This document shows positions 12,585 through 22,004 of a stretch of 64,000 nucleotides of DNA, in pieces. Each line of letters opens with the position of its first letter. Position 1 is the stretch's first letter. A program made the position numbers and the translations under genes. The notes beneath the pieces are model-generated. The model did not search any database. It had not been told where the DNA came from and worked only from the letters and a program-made list of their open reading frames with translations. The stretch is from Myxococcota bacterium (lineage in GTDB: Bacteria > Myxococcota_A > UBA796 > CAJQPC01). Where the stretch lies: the NCBI GenBank assembly GCA_036229005.1, contig JAZAMN010000071.1, positions 1-64,000 of the forward strand. Reading direction: 5' to 3'.

Positions 12585-13577
12585 ATGTCGCTGCAACCCG
12601 CCCGCGTCCTGATCCTGGACGATGACCCCAAGCTCAGCGAGCTGATGGGCGAGTACCTGCGGACCCGCGGCCACAGCGTGCTCATCGTCCCTGACGGCGC
12701 CGCGGCCCTGGCCCAGCTCCACGAGCAGAGCTTCGACGCCCTGATCGCCCAGCAGCGCATGCCCAAGGTGGGCGGACTTGAGCTGCTGGCCGGCCTCGCG
12801 GGCCTGGGACACCCCGTCGCGCCCGTGCTCCTGACCCCCTTCGCCGACGTCGAGGGCGTGAGCGCTGCCCTCCAGCGTGGCGCGCGCGCGGTGGTCCGTC
12901 TGCCCCTGCGCCTGTCCGAGCTGCACGACCGCCTGCTCGAAGCCATCCAGTGGCACCGCAAGACCCAGGACCTGGTCCCGCTCACCCCCCTGGAGCGCTT
13001 GATCCACGCGGCCAGCACGGTGACGCCGGAGTCCTGCGGCCCCCTGCTCAGTCAGCTCTGCCACCTGGCCACCGCCCACGCCGACGCGGCCCTGCTGCTC
13101 ATCGACGAACCCGGCCTGGGCATGGTCCCGCTCTTTGGCTCCGGCCCCTTCCCCGTGGCGGACCCCCTGGCCCAACGCGACGGCCTGCTCGCTCTCCCAA
13201 TCCCCCTGGAGGGCCCCGCCGGCCGCGGCCGCGCCGAGCTGCTCGTGGCCAGCCTGTCCTCGCTGAGCCCCACCCCCCCAAGGATGCTGGCGAGCGCCTG
13301 CTCAGTCGTCGGCGGTGCGCTCTCGAGGCTCTGCTGGACAGATCCCTGGTCCCCTCCCCAAGCCGTCGGACCGGGCTGGCAGGGCAGCCTCCCCGCGCGC
13401 CACCACCCCCTGGCCGACCCCCGCCTCAGCCAGGACCACACCCACCTGCGCCTGTGGTGGCGCCTGCGCACGGAGGGCATGCGCTGGCTCCCCCCCGCCC
13501 CCCGCGACCAGGCCGCCGCCGAGCTCCGGCAGCGCTTCCCCAACGCCGAGGACTTCCTCCAGTCCCTGAGCGCCTGA
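12585..13577 (+). CDS. Atypical response regulator (pseudo-receiver plus degenerate GAF-like region)
   Basis: VLILDDD...FDALIAQQRMPKVGGLELL; the phospho-Asp position holds Gln. Confidence 0.7.
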   Translation: MSLQPARVLILDDDPKLSELMGEYLRTRGHSVLIVPDGAAALAQLHEQSFDALIAQQRMPKVGGLELLAGLAGLGHPVAPVLLTPFADVEGVSAALQRGARAVVRLPLRLSELHDRLLEAIQWHRKTQDLVPLTPLERLIHAASTVTPESCGPLLSQLCHLATAHADAALLLIDEPGLGMVPLFGSGPFPVADPLAQRDGLLALPIPLEGPAGRGRAELLVASLSSLSPTPPRMLASACSVVGGALSRLCWTDPWSPPQAVGPGWQGSLPARHHPLADPRLSQDHTHLRLWWRLRTEGMRWLPPAPRDQAAAELRQRFPNAEDFLQSLSA

Positions 13578-13579
13578 GC

Positions 13580-14458
13580 TCAAGGCAGCGGCGGCGCCGG
13601 GATCCAGCCCTCAGCCTCCGCGCCGAAGCGTCCATCCTGTCCCTGCCACGCCGCGTGCATGGCGACGATGTCGTCGTGCCGCCGGCCCACAAAGTTCCAC
13701 CACATCAGCAGCGACTCTCCCAGCGGAGCGCCGCCCAGCAGCAGACAGCGCCCCCGCCCCTTGATCTCGACCTGAGCCCGCCCGGTGCCCAGGTAGAGGA
13801 GCTGGTTGGCCTGGGCCTGGACCGCGTCGACCTCTATCGGAGCGTCCAGGGGGAGCAGAGCGTGCTCGTGGGTGGTCTCCAGCGGGAGGACCCCACCGCC
13901 GGACAGCCGCAGGTCGGCACCCACCAGCGGAGAGCGGGTCTGCGCCGGCGAGGACACACTGCCCAGCTCCCCAACGAACACCTGCGCGTCCAGCCCCGGC
14001 AGTGAGAGCGTCGGCAGCGCGCCGTGGTGAAAGAAGGCCGGAGGGTCCTCGCGGTGGGGCTGGGGCAGCGCCACCCAGAGCTGCACGCCCCAGATGCTCT
14101 TGCCGGCCCCTGGCAGCAGCGACTCGCTGTGGGAGATGCCGTGGCCCGCGCGCATCCAGTTGAGCTGCCCGGGGCGGATGGGCTGCTCGGTGCCCAGGCT
14201 GTCGCGGTGCAGCAGCCCGCCCTCGAAGAGCCAGGTCACGGTGCTCAGGCCCGCGTGGGGGTGCACGCCTACCTCGAAGTCCTTGGCGGGGCTGGGCCCA
14301 AAGTGGTCGCAGAAGCACCACGCGCCCACCGTGCGCCGGCTGCGCTGCGGCAAAGCCCTCCGCACCCACGCGCCGGGTGCGATCTCGCTGTCCTGGGTGT
14401 CGTGGAGCTCCAGCACAGGGCCGGTCGCAGCGGGCGTGTCGCGGGGTCGGAGGCGCAT
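13580..14458 (-). CDS. Pirin family protein
   Basis: CDHFGP, HPHAGLSTVTW, HRDSLG, AGHGISHSE and GVQLWVALP motifs; ATG at 14458. Confidence 0.95.
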   Translation of the reverse strand: MRLRPRDTPAATGPVLELHDTQDSEIAPGAWVRRALPQRSRRTVGAWCFCDHFGPSPAKDFEVGVHPHAGLSTVTWLFEGGLLHRDSLGTEQPIRPGQLNWMRAGHGISHSESLLPGAGKSIWGVQLWVALPQPHREDPPAFFHHGALPTLSLPGLDAQVFVGELGSVSSPAQTRSPLVGADLRLSGGGVLPLETTHEHALLPLDAPIEVDAVQAQANQLLYLGTGRAQVEIKGRGRCLLLGGAPLGESLLMWWNFVGRRHDDIVAMHAAWQGQDGRFGAEAEGWIPAPPLP

Positions 14459-14514
14459 GCCCGGGTAGGCGGGTCGGAGGGGCGGCTTGCAGGGAGTCAG
14501 GGGCGGTCTTGGGC

Positions 14515-14631
14515 GCGCAAGTGGGTCTGAACGCAACACGGCCCCGCGCAAGTGGCTCTGAACGCAACGCGGCCCCGCGCAAGTGGCTCTGAACGCAACA
14601 CGGCCCCGCGCAAGTGGCTCTGAACGCAACA
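14515..14631 (+). repeat. Tandem array of a 31-bp unit, 4 copies (last one partial)
   Basis: GCGCAAGTGGCTCTGAACGCAACACGGCCCC starting at 14515, 14546, 14577 and 14608. Confidence 0.95.
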
Positions 14632-14676
14632 GATCCGCCCGAGAATGGCGCCCTCGCCCCACTCAGCGCCCCGACT

Positions 14677-14780
14677 TGTTGCGTTCGCACTCACTTGCGC
14701 AGCCGGCTGTTGCGTTCGCGCTCACTTGCGCTGCCGGCTGTTGCGTTCGCACTCACTTGCGCAGCCGGCTGTTGCGTTCG
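14677..14780 (-). repeat. Inverted tandem array of a related 31-bp unit, about 3.4 copies
   Basis: Plus-strand TGTTGCGTTCGCACTCACTTGCGCAGCCGGC at 14677, 14708 and 14739, partial at 14770. It is the reverse complement of the GCGCAAGTG-N5-GAACGCAACA core. Confidence 0.95.
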
Positions 14781-14795
14781 CCCCTGCTCGCGCCT

Positions 14796-15470
14796 TCAGC
14801 CCACCCGCAGCTTCTCGATCCGCGCCCGCCACGCCCAAGGCCGGTTCTCCCGGCGCTTGAAGAAGGGCCCCTGCCCGGCCAGCGCCGCCGCCTCGTCCAG
14901 GACCGCCCGCGCCCGGGTCTTCTCGCCGGCGCCCGCGAGCGCCCGGCCCAGCCAGAAGCGCGCCTGGGCGGAGGAGCTGTTCGCCTCCGCTGCCCGCTCC
15001 AGGGGCTCCAGCGCCTCTTGGTACCGGGCCTGCTCCACCAGGAAGCGGCCCAGATCCAGCCAGGGCTCCCCGCCAAAGGCCTGTTGACCTCGCTTGGCCA
15101 CGCAGCGCTCCAAGGCAGCGCGGGCAGACGCCTCCTGTCCAGTGTTGAGCTGTGCCCTGGCCAACAGGAACGAAGCCATCGCGTTCCCCCCCTCCTCGGC
15201 GGCCTGAAGGTGCGGGATCGCGGCCTCGGAGCGCCCGTACTTGACCAGGAGCTGCCCCCGCAGCAGGTGCGCCACGCGGTCGTGGGGGTTGTCGGCCAGC
15301 ACGCCCTCCAGGCGGCGCAGATCCCGGAGCTCCCCCAGCCAGGACACCGGGTTGAAGTAGCGCCCGCGCACCTGGCCCTCCGCCAGCCAGAGCAGCACCA
15401 GGAACGCGCCCACGCCCACCAGCGGGTTGCCGGTCAACAGGTAGGCCAGCCAGCCAAAGAGGAACTTCAC
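14796..15470 (-). CDS. Membrane-anchored TPR protein
   Basis: N-terminal TM segment (FLFGWLAYLLTGNP) and TPR-like helices; GTG start overlaps the upstream stop. Confidence 0.75.
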   Translation of the reverse strand: MKFLFGWLAYLLTGNPLVGVGAFLVLLWLAEGQVRGRYFNPVSWLGELRDLRRLEGVLADNPHDRVAHLLRGQLLVKYGRSEAAIPHLQAAEEGGNAMASFLLARAQLNTGQEASARAALERCVAKRGQQAFGGEPWLDLGRFLVEQARYQEALEPLERAAEANSSSAQARFWLGRALAGAGEKTRARAVLDEAAALAGQGPFFKRRENRPWAWRARIEKLRVG

Positions 15471-16591
15471 AGGTACCTCAGCCAGACCTTCTCGGGGTTG
15501 GCGCGCTTGAAGCGGCCCCAGGCCTCGCAGAGCGGGAACAGCGCCAGCAGCAGCAGCGCCCAGGCGCCCAGGATCAGGCCCAGCGACAGGGGCTGCTCTC
15601 CCGGGATGCCCGCGGTCCCGAAGCGCAGTTGCGCGTAGGCCAGGCCCATCAGGTGCGCCGCCGGGAGGTGCAGCAGGTAGAAGAACATGGGCACCCGGCC
15701 GAAGCCCTCCAGGGCCCGCGCGCCCCACCCCGACAGGCGCTCCAGCAGCGGCAGCGCCATCAGCGCCGGGCCCAGGGTCATGAGCTGATAGTCCAGCGAT
15801 GGCGGGTACTTGGTTGGATTCAGAAAGTGCATCAGCGTGGTCCCAGGGCGGGGGTGCGCCTCCCAGGGGGCGGGGTCGCCGAAGCCGTTGGCCCAGCGCA
15901 GCCCCAAGAAGGCGAGCACCGCCACAACGCCCACCAGCGGGGCCCACTTACGCTGCGGGCCGCCCACCGCCCCCGACAGCCCGTAGCCCAGGGCCATCAC
16001 CCCCAGCCAGGGGAGGATGACATAGGACTGCACGACGCTGTGACCGCCCACCTCGAAGGCTCCGGGGTGTACCAGCCGGTGCAGCGCGACCTGCCCAGGC
16101 GAGGCACTGCTGGCCAGCTCCCACCCCGACACCAGCTCCGGCATCGCGCTCAGCCACAAGGTGATCGCGGCCCCGACCACCCCCACCGCCCAGCGCGGCA
16201 GCCAGAGCAGCAGGGCCAGCCCCACCATCGCCCCGCCGATGGCCCACATGACCCCCAGGTGCGTGCGCTCCAGGTTGAAGTACCAGGAGAAGGAGATCCA
16301 GGTGGGCTCCAGCAGCATCAGCCACAGCCCGCGGGTGACCAGGAAACGCAGCCCCTCGGTCTTGCTGCGGCGGGGCAGGTACAGGCCCACGGACACGCCG
16401 GCCAGCAGCACGAACACCGGCGCGCAGAAGTGCGTCACCCAGCGCATCAGGAAGAAGGGCCAGGTCGTGGTGTCCCAGTCCTCTGGGCTCACCCCCGCGG
16501 GCTGGAAGAAGTCCCGCACATGGTCCAGGGCCATCAGGGCGATGACGAGGCCACGCAGGCGATCCAGAGCGGAGATGCGGTGGCCGCTCAC
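15467..16591 (-). CDS. DUF1624 / HGSNAT-like acyltransferase-fold membrane protein
   Basis: RISALDRLRGLVIALMALDHVRD, RWVTHFCAPVF, KYPPSL and FGRVPMFFYLLH. Confidence 0.88.
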   Translation of the reverse strand: MSGHRISALDRLRGLVIALMALDHVRDFFQPAGVSPEDWDTTTWPFFLMRWVTHFCAPVFVLLAGVSVGLYLPRRSKTEGLRFLVTRGLWLMLLEPTWISFSWYFNLERTHLGVMWAIGGAMVGLALLLWLPRWAVGVVGAAITLWLSAMPELVSGWELASSASPGQVALHRLVHPGAFEVGGHSVVQSYVILPWLGVMALGYGLSGAVGGPQRKWAPLVGVVAVLAFLGLRWANGFGDPAPWEAHPRPGTTLMHFLNPTKYPPSLDYQLMTLGPALMALPLLERLSGWGARALEGFGRVPMFFYLLHLPAAHLMGLAYAQLRFGTAGIPGEQPLSLGLILGAWALLLLALFPLCEAWGRFKRANPEKVWLRYL

Positions 16592-17511
16592 TCCTCGGCC
16601 TCAGATGGGGCCTGCTCGCTTGGGGCCTGCTCGGCCTCCACCAGCTCGGCCTCCACCAACTTGGAGAGCGCCTCGGGGCGCACCGGATCCCGCGCCTGGA
16701 GCTCGGCCAGCACCATGCGCTCGAAGGTCTCCAGGCGCTTGACCAGCCCGGGGTGTTCGCTCTCCTGCGCCCAGTCCCGCAGCCCCACGGTCAGGTGCCC
16801 CAGGTTGCGCTGCCGCCGCTGGATACGGGCCTGGGTCTCGTTGTCCCAGCGCTCCTTGGCGCGCACCCGACCCGGGTCCAACACCAGCCGCATGGTCAAA
16901 AAGCTCAGCACACCCAGCGCCACCACCACGCCCACCCCGGGGATCGCCGCGCCCACACCCAGCGCGGCCAGCCCCGCCAGCGCCCCCTTGCCCAGCCCCA
17001 GCAGCGAGCCGGAGAACAGCAGCGCGGCCTTGGGCACAGCCACCGCGGTCAGGCCGCTGGCGGCCTCCTTGACGGCGCGCACCTCGTCGTCCTCGCTCAA
17101 GCCCAGAGCGCGGATCCGGCGCACCTCCCAGATGAACTCCTCGATGGCGAGCTGCTGAGTCCGGGACACCCGCAGAGCCTCTCGGACCTCTCGCAGCAGC
17201 CGCTGTTCGGACAGCACCAGCTCCTCGTCGGCGAGCGCCACGTCCGTGAGGTGCACGACCACGCCGTAGCGCAGCTCAGGGGGCCCCGCGGCGAGCTCGG
17301 GCAGCACCAGCTCCAGGTCCGGGGGGTGCAGCATCCAGTAGCGGAGCGTCTTGCGGCCATCCTCGGACAGGCGCTCGATGTCCACGCACTCCAGGATCAA
17401 GCCCAGCTCTGCCGCGTCCACGTGCCCGTCGGCCGCCGCCAGGGCGAGCTGCAGCCCCACAAAGGAGAGCTGCTGGGGCTCGGTCAGCTTGTGGAAGTCG
17501 ACGCTGGACAT
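16588..17511 (-). CDS. TerB-like domain protein with C-terminal Gly-rich TM region
   Basis: AADGHVDAAE and VALADEELVLSE motifs. Confidence 0.7.
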   Translation of the reverse strand: MSSVDFHKLTEPQQLSFVGLQLALAAADGHVDAAELGLILECVDIERLSEDGRKTLRYWMLHPPDLELVLPELAAGPPELRYGVVVHLTDVALADEELVLSEQRLLREVREALRVSRTQQLAIEEFIWEVRRIRALGLSEDDEVRAVKEAASGLTAVAVPKAALLFSGSLLGLGKGALAGLAALGVGAAIPGVGVVVALGVLSFLTMRLVLDPGRVRAKERWDNETQARIQRRQRNLGHLTVGLRDWAQESEHPGLVKRLETFERMVLAELQARDPVRPEALSKLVEAELVEAEQAPSEQAPSEAEE

Positions 17512-17546
17512 GGGGGGATCCTACCCCGCCGAGCGCCTGCGCGGGC

Positions 17547-18416
17547 TCAGCGTCGCCCCCCGCCGCTGCCCACGTCGTCGCTGCCCGTGTCTCCGCTGCC
17601 CGAGCCGGTGCCGGTGGTGCCCGTCGGGAGCTCCCCGGTCTGCATGCTCTCGATGAGATCCCAGACCGTCGCCCCGCTCACCTGCGCGCTGACCATGGCC
17701 GTCTGCTGGGGCCCCGCCGCCGTGATCCGGTAGCTGTACTGCCCGTTCAGGCTGACGCCGCCGATCACCCCGGTGATCCCCGCCAGGTAGGTGAACTCGT
17801 GGCCGATGCCCGGAAGCGGGCTGTCCACCGTGTCCCAGTCCACCCGCCGGCTCTTGGTGTCCACCCAGGCCGGCGACACCCCCGCGTAGGCCTGCACCTG
17901 GTTGAGCTGCGCGTGCACCGTCACGGGGAGCTCCGCGCCAAAGGTCGGCTCCAGCTCCACGCTGCGGTAGGTCCAGGAGTTGTAGAACAGGTCCGGCCCC
18001 GCCTGCACCCCCACGGTCTTCCAGCTCGGCCCGATGAAGGTGCCCGCGCGCACGTCCAGCCCCTCGGCGTTGGCGCCGTCGCTGGCCGACACGATGTAGT
18101 TCGCGGCCACCCGGCTCTTCCCGCTCCAGCGGGGCAGGGGCGTGTTGACGTAGCTGTAGGCCAGCCCGGCCTCGCCACCCACGTTGACCGTGGTCGTGGT
18201 CGTTCCGCCGCTGTTGAAGACCTGCGCGCCACCGCCCGGTGTCACGTACCAGTCGCTCTCCCAGTGCGGCTTCTTCTTCTTCGCGCCTTTCTTCTTCGCC
18301 GCCAGCACATAGCGGTCCAGCGTCACAGCCGTTGGACTGATCGGCATCGGCGAGGACAGGCTGGGGCTGTCCGCAGACGCCACCGGGGTGAGCAGGGACA
18401 GCAGCGACAAGGTCAT
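17547..18416 (-). CDS. Hypothetical exported protein, probably a beta-barrel
   Basis: Signal-like N-terminus, Lys-rich linker and alternating beta-strand pattern. Confidence 0.55.
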   Translation of the reverse strand: MTLSLLSLLTPVASADSPSLSSPMPISPTAVTLDRYVLAAKKKGAKKKKPHWESDWYVTPGGGAQVFNSGGTTTTTVNVGGEAGLAYSYVNTPLPRWSGKSRVAANYIVSASDGANAEGLDVRAGTFIGPSWKTVGVQAGPDLFYNSWTYRSVELEPTFGAELPVTVHAQLNQVQAYAGVSPAWVDTKSRRVDWDTVDSPLPGIGHEFTYLAGITGVIGGVSLNGQYSYRITAAGPQQTAMVSAQVSGATVWDLIESMQTGELPTGTTGTGSGSGDTGSDDVGSGGGRR

Positions 18417-18514
18417 GGCGGCTCCGGGTCTCGGACCCCGAGGGTAGCCCGTTTCTTCCGCCGGGCTCCCTGGGTAGACTCCCGCCGAACCCCGAAGACG
18501 GAGCTTGAGCGCTG

Positions 18515-19384
18515 ATGATCACCGCATGGATGGGCCTCCTGGGCTGCGCCGTGGGCTACCACCATGGCGTCGTCAGCCACGACATGGGGACTGAGCTGGC
18601 CGAGGGGGAGAGCTCGATCCTGGTCGACCAGTACCCCTACCGGCACAGCGGCCGCTACCACCAGATCCGCCTGGTGGACACCAGCGGCTTCCTGATGGGC
18701 GCGATCACGACCTCGGCCAACCAGCACGCCGCCCGCGAAGAGGCCCTGGAGAACTCCATGGACTACGACGGGGACGGCTACATCGAGTACGACTACGAGG
18801 TGGGCGCGTTCACCCCCGGCTACCGGGTGACCTCCGACCTGCGGCTGGGGACTCCGGGGAGCGAGCTCGCCTTCCAGGGAGACGGCAGCCTGCAGCCCCA
18901 GGCCTTCGAGATGCCGGAGCGGGTGTACCTGGGCTGGGACGTGATCGCGGAGCTCCAGCCCCGCAGCCTGGGGCCGGTCCTCTGGACCCCCACCCTGGCC
19001 TTCCGCATGGAGAAGCTCAGCGCACAGACCACCCTCACGGACGCCGACATCCTGGGGCTGGACGTGTACGCGGGGCTGCAGGCCAACCTGGTGCTGCGCG
19101 ACCAGCTGATCCTCCGCGGCAGCGGGGATCTGGGGGTTGTCACCCCCCTGATGAAGCTCCTGATGGGCCCGACCGCGCCCACCTTGGCCCGGAACGCGGG
19201 CCTGGAGCTGGTCTGGCGCCCGAGCCGGGCGGTGGGCGTCAGCGCCACCGCGGACTGGGGCACCATGGCGGCGCTGGAGCGGCGCGTGCAGTACCAGCGC
19301 TACGGGGTGGGGCTGATCGTCGGCGCGGCCGGCGTGGCGCCTGCGCACGAAGATTCCGGCGCGCAGGCGGGGCTGACGCGCTGA
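18515..19384 (+). CDS. Hypothetical lipoprotein / outer-membrane protein
   Basis: LLGC lipobox-like site, DYDGDG loop and beta-rich C-terminus. Confidence 0.55.
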   Translation: MITAWMGLLGCAVGYHHGVVSHDMGTELAEGESSILVDQYPYRHSGRYHQIRLVDTSGFLMGAITTSANQHAAREEALENSMDYDGDGYIEYDYEVGAFTPGYRVTSDLRLGTPGSELAFQGDGSLQPQAFEMPERVYLGWDVIAELQPRSLGPVLWTPTLAFRMEKLSAQTTLTDADILGLDVYAGLQANLVLRDQLILRGSGDLGVVTPLMKLLMGPTAPTLARNAGLELVWRPSRAVGVSATADWGTMAALERRVQYQRYGVGLIVGAAGVAPAHEDSGAQAGLTR

Positions 19385-19402
19385 GCTGGGGGGCGCCGGG
19401 GC

Positions 19403-19801
19403 TCAGATCCCGGTGTCGCTGACCTCGGGCTCGCCGGTGTCCGAGGCCTCGTCGTCCTCGCAGTCACCGTCGTGGTCGTGATGGCCGTCGTGGTCGCGAT
19501 CGTCGTCGTGATCGTGGCCGTCGTGGTCGTGGTCTCGGTCGTCGTCGTGATCGTGGTCGTCGTCGTGTTCGTGGTCGTGCTCCTCCCGGGTGGCCTCGTC
19601 GACGGACTCATCGACATCGTCGTCCAGATCACCCGTGTCCTCGACGGTGGACCCGGTGTCTGGGTCTGCGCCGGTGTCCTCTCCAGCAGCCGTATCCGCA
19701 GTGCTGGCGAGCCGCGCGGCCATCGCGGAGTAGTCGGAGCGGGTGCAGGCGCTGAGGGCGAGCAGGGCGGTGAGGGAGAGGGTCAGAGTGAGGGTGCGCA
19801 T
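19403..19801 (-). CDS. Small His/Asp-rich lipoprotein
   Basis: MRTLTLTLSLTALLALSAC lipobox; HDHEHDDDHDHDDDRDHDH tract; DTG repeats. Confidence 0.75.
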   Translation of the reverse strand: MRTLTLTLSLTALLALSACTRSDYSAMAARLASTADTAAGEDTGADPDTGSTVEDTGDLDDDVDESVDEATREEHDHEHDDDHDHDDDRDHDHDGHDHDDDRDHDGHHDHDGDCEDDEASDTGEPEVSDTGI

Positions 19802-19949
19802 GGGAGGCTCCGGATCGGGGTTCGACACCCTGGAGCGGAAGACCCGCGGAGCCCAGACATAGGGAAGCCCCCGTAGTGGGGGCTGTGGTGGGCCGGGCGT
19901 GGGGCTGCGCTGGAGCCGAGGGCGCGCTGCCCCCGACTCCTGGGCGCTC

Positions 19950-20315
19950 TCAGTCGCGATCGTCGCCGGGCTCGCCGGTGTCCACGTAGCGGTCGTCGTC
20001 GTCGTCCCCGTCACGGTCGTCGTCGTCGCGGTCGTCGTCCTCGCGGTCGTCGCGGTCGTCGTCCTCGCGATCACCATCGTCGTCGTCATCGTCGTCGCAG
20101 TCGTCGCGATCGTCGTCGTAGCCCAGAGAGGAGTCGGTGACCTCGCCGTCTTCCCGATCCTCCGTGCAGTCGTCGTCACCATCCGCTTCGGCGGTGTCCC
20201 CACCCACCTCGGTGGCCGAGCGGCCGCCCAGCAGATCCCGGGCCCCGCTCGCGTCGCAGGCGGAGAGGCCGATCAGGGCCGCGAGGCCCAAGGTGGTCAT
20301 GGTCAGGGTGCGCAT
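19950..20315 (-). CDS. Small Asp/Arg-rich lipoprotein, paralogue of the neighbouring gene
   Basis: MRTLTMTTLGLAALIGLSAC lipobox; DDDRDD repeats; AAGGAG RBS upstream. Confidence 0.75.
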   Translation of the reverse strand: MRTLTMTTLGLAALIGLSACDASGARDLLGGRSATEVGGDTAEADGDDDCTEDREDGEVTDSSLGYDDDRDDCDDDDDDDGDREDDDRDDREDDDRDDDDRDGDDDDDRYVDTGEPGDDRD

Positions 20316-20526
20316 TTCGTTCTCCTTGGATGCTGCCCCCGGGGAGCCGAGGTGCTGCTCCAACATGGCCCGGCAGCGTACACATCGGAAGCGACCGCAG
20401 CCCGATTCCGTATCGAACCGGTGTACACCTCGATCAGCATTCTTAAGCCCAATTCATCGCTATTCGCGCGATTCCCGTTGACACCCCCAAGGTGTACACT
20501 GGACACTGCTGTGTACAGCGAATCCC

Positions 20527-21366
20527 ATGAACGTCCCCGACCTCTACAGCACCTTGGACTACCGCGCGTGGCTGCGCGCGTGGTTCGACGCCAAGAAGCA
20601 GGAGAATCCGCGCTTCTCGCACCGGATGTTCGTGCGCATGGCCAAGATGCGCTCCCCCAGCTCCATCCTGCAGATCATGGACGGCAAGCGGAACCTGAGC
20701 CCCCAGAGCTGCCGCCAGCTCTGCGACGCCATGAAGCTCTCGGCCGAAGACGCCCGCACCTTCGCCCTGCTGGTGGACTTCGATCAGGCCGACACCCCCG
20801 AGGCCCGGGACGCCGCCTACCAACGGCTCTCCGCCACCCAGCGCTTCAAGCAGGCCCACCGCATCGAGGGCGAGTCCTACCGCTGCCTGTCCCGCTGGTA
20901 CTACCCGGCCATCCACGAGCTGGCCCAGCGCCCCGACTGGCGCGCGGAGCCCGCCTGGATCGCCGAGCAGCTCCGACCGCCCATCGCCCCCCAGCAGGCC
21001 GAAGAGGCGCTGCGCGAGCTCCAGACCCTGGGGATGCTCCAGCCCGACGAGCAGGGCACCCTGCGGCCCCAGGACGGGAGCCTGACCACCCAGCAGCAGG
21101 TGACTGGCCTTGCGGTGCACAACTACCACCGGGGCATGAGCGCGCGGGCGCAGGACGCCGTGCGGGACTTTCCCAGCGACCAGCGGCACATGCTCGGCCT
21201 GACGGTGTCGATCCCCGCCGCCCTGGTGCCCCAGCTCAAGGCCGAGCTCAACGCCTTCCAGGCCCGGCTGCTGGACCTCTGCGATGGCGCCGAGGACCAC
21301 CCCGAGCAGGTCTACCAGCTCAACCTGCAGCTCTTCCCCCTCTCCAAGCGCTCGGAGCTTGAGTGA
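20527..21366 (+). CDS. TIGR02147 / DUF4423 family HTH protein
   Basis: DYRAWL..KKQENPRFSHR..GKRNLS, SRWYYPAIHEL, NYHRGM and VYQLNLQLFPLS. Confidence 0.88.
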   Translation: MNVPDLYSTLDYRAWLRAWFDAKKQENPRFSHRMFVRMAKMRSPSSILQIMDGKRNLSPQSCRQLCDAMKLSAEDARTFALLVDFDQADTPEARDAAYQRLSATQRFKQAHRIEGESYRCLSRWYYPAIHELAQRPDWRAEPAWIAEQLRPPIAPQQAEEALRELQTLGMLQPDEQGTLRPQDGSLTTQQQVTGLAVHNYHRGMSARAQDAVRDFPSDQRHMLGLTVSIPAALVPQLKAELNAFQARLLDLCDGAEDHPEQVYQLNLQLFPLSKRSELE

Positions 21367-22004
21367 TGTTGTTCCTGATCCTGGCCTGCCGCTCCACCCC
21401 CGCCGAGGGGATCGCGGTAGGCAACCCCGGCGACGGCTACACCGCGGTGTCCAAGAGCGCGGGCTACAGCCTGGAGTCGGCGTGGGCACCGGTGTCCTCG
21501 CTTGCGCTGATCGACTGTGAGGGTGCGAGCACAGAGCTGGCCCAGGGGGTGCAGCTCCCCTTGGATGGCAGCAGCAGCCTCTACCTCCCCCCCGGAGACT
21601 GGTGCGGGGTCAGCCTGAGCCTGAGCGGGCCCGCCGAGTTGCTCTACACCCGACAGGACGCGGAGCTGGAGCTGGAGCTGGACCTGCAGCCCGAGACCGC
21701 CGAGGGGAGCGGCTTCACGGTGGATGGGAACAGCCTGCTGCTGGAGCTTGGCGGGCTGGACTGGCTGGAGGCCCTGGACTGGGAGCCCGAGCCCGGAGAG
21801 CTGCTGGAGGTCCGCCCTGGCAGCGCCGAGCACGACGCGCTCGCCGAGCGGCTGGAGTCCTGGGTGCGCCTGGGAGAGGATGGCGACGGCGACGGGACCC
21901 TGAGCGAGGCCGAAGCCAGCGCGAGCTCCCCCAAGGCCGCCGAGGACATCGACCGGGAGGCCGACACCGATGACACCGACGACGACACCGGAGACCGAGA
22001 ATGA
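21363..22004 (+). CDS. Acidic lipoprotein coupled to the TIGR02147 gene
   Basis: LILAC lipobox, GIAVGNPG after the Cys, DGDGDG loop; GTGA overlap. Confidence 0.7.
   Translation: MMLFLILACRSTPAEGIAVGNPGDGYTAVSKSAGYSLESAWAPVSSLALIDCEGASTELAQGVQLPLDGSSSLYLPPGDWCGVSLSLSGPAELLYTRQDAELELELDLQPETAEGSGFTVDGNSLLLELGGLDWLEALDWEPEPGELLEVRPGSAEHDALAERLESWVRLGEDGDGDGTLSEAEASASSPKAAEDIDREADTDDTDDDTGDRE

Noticed and set aside
14459..14690. N-terminal repeat extension of pirin
   Set aside because: This is read-through across the DNA repeat array; the pirin-like sequence begins near 14458.
14515..14780. CRISPR array
   Set aside because: Units are contiguous with near-identical 7-bp linkers, there are no unique spacers, the orientation flips midway, and no cas genes are present.
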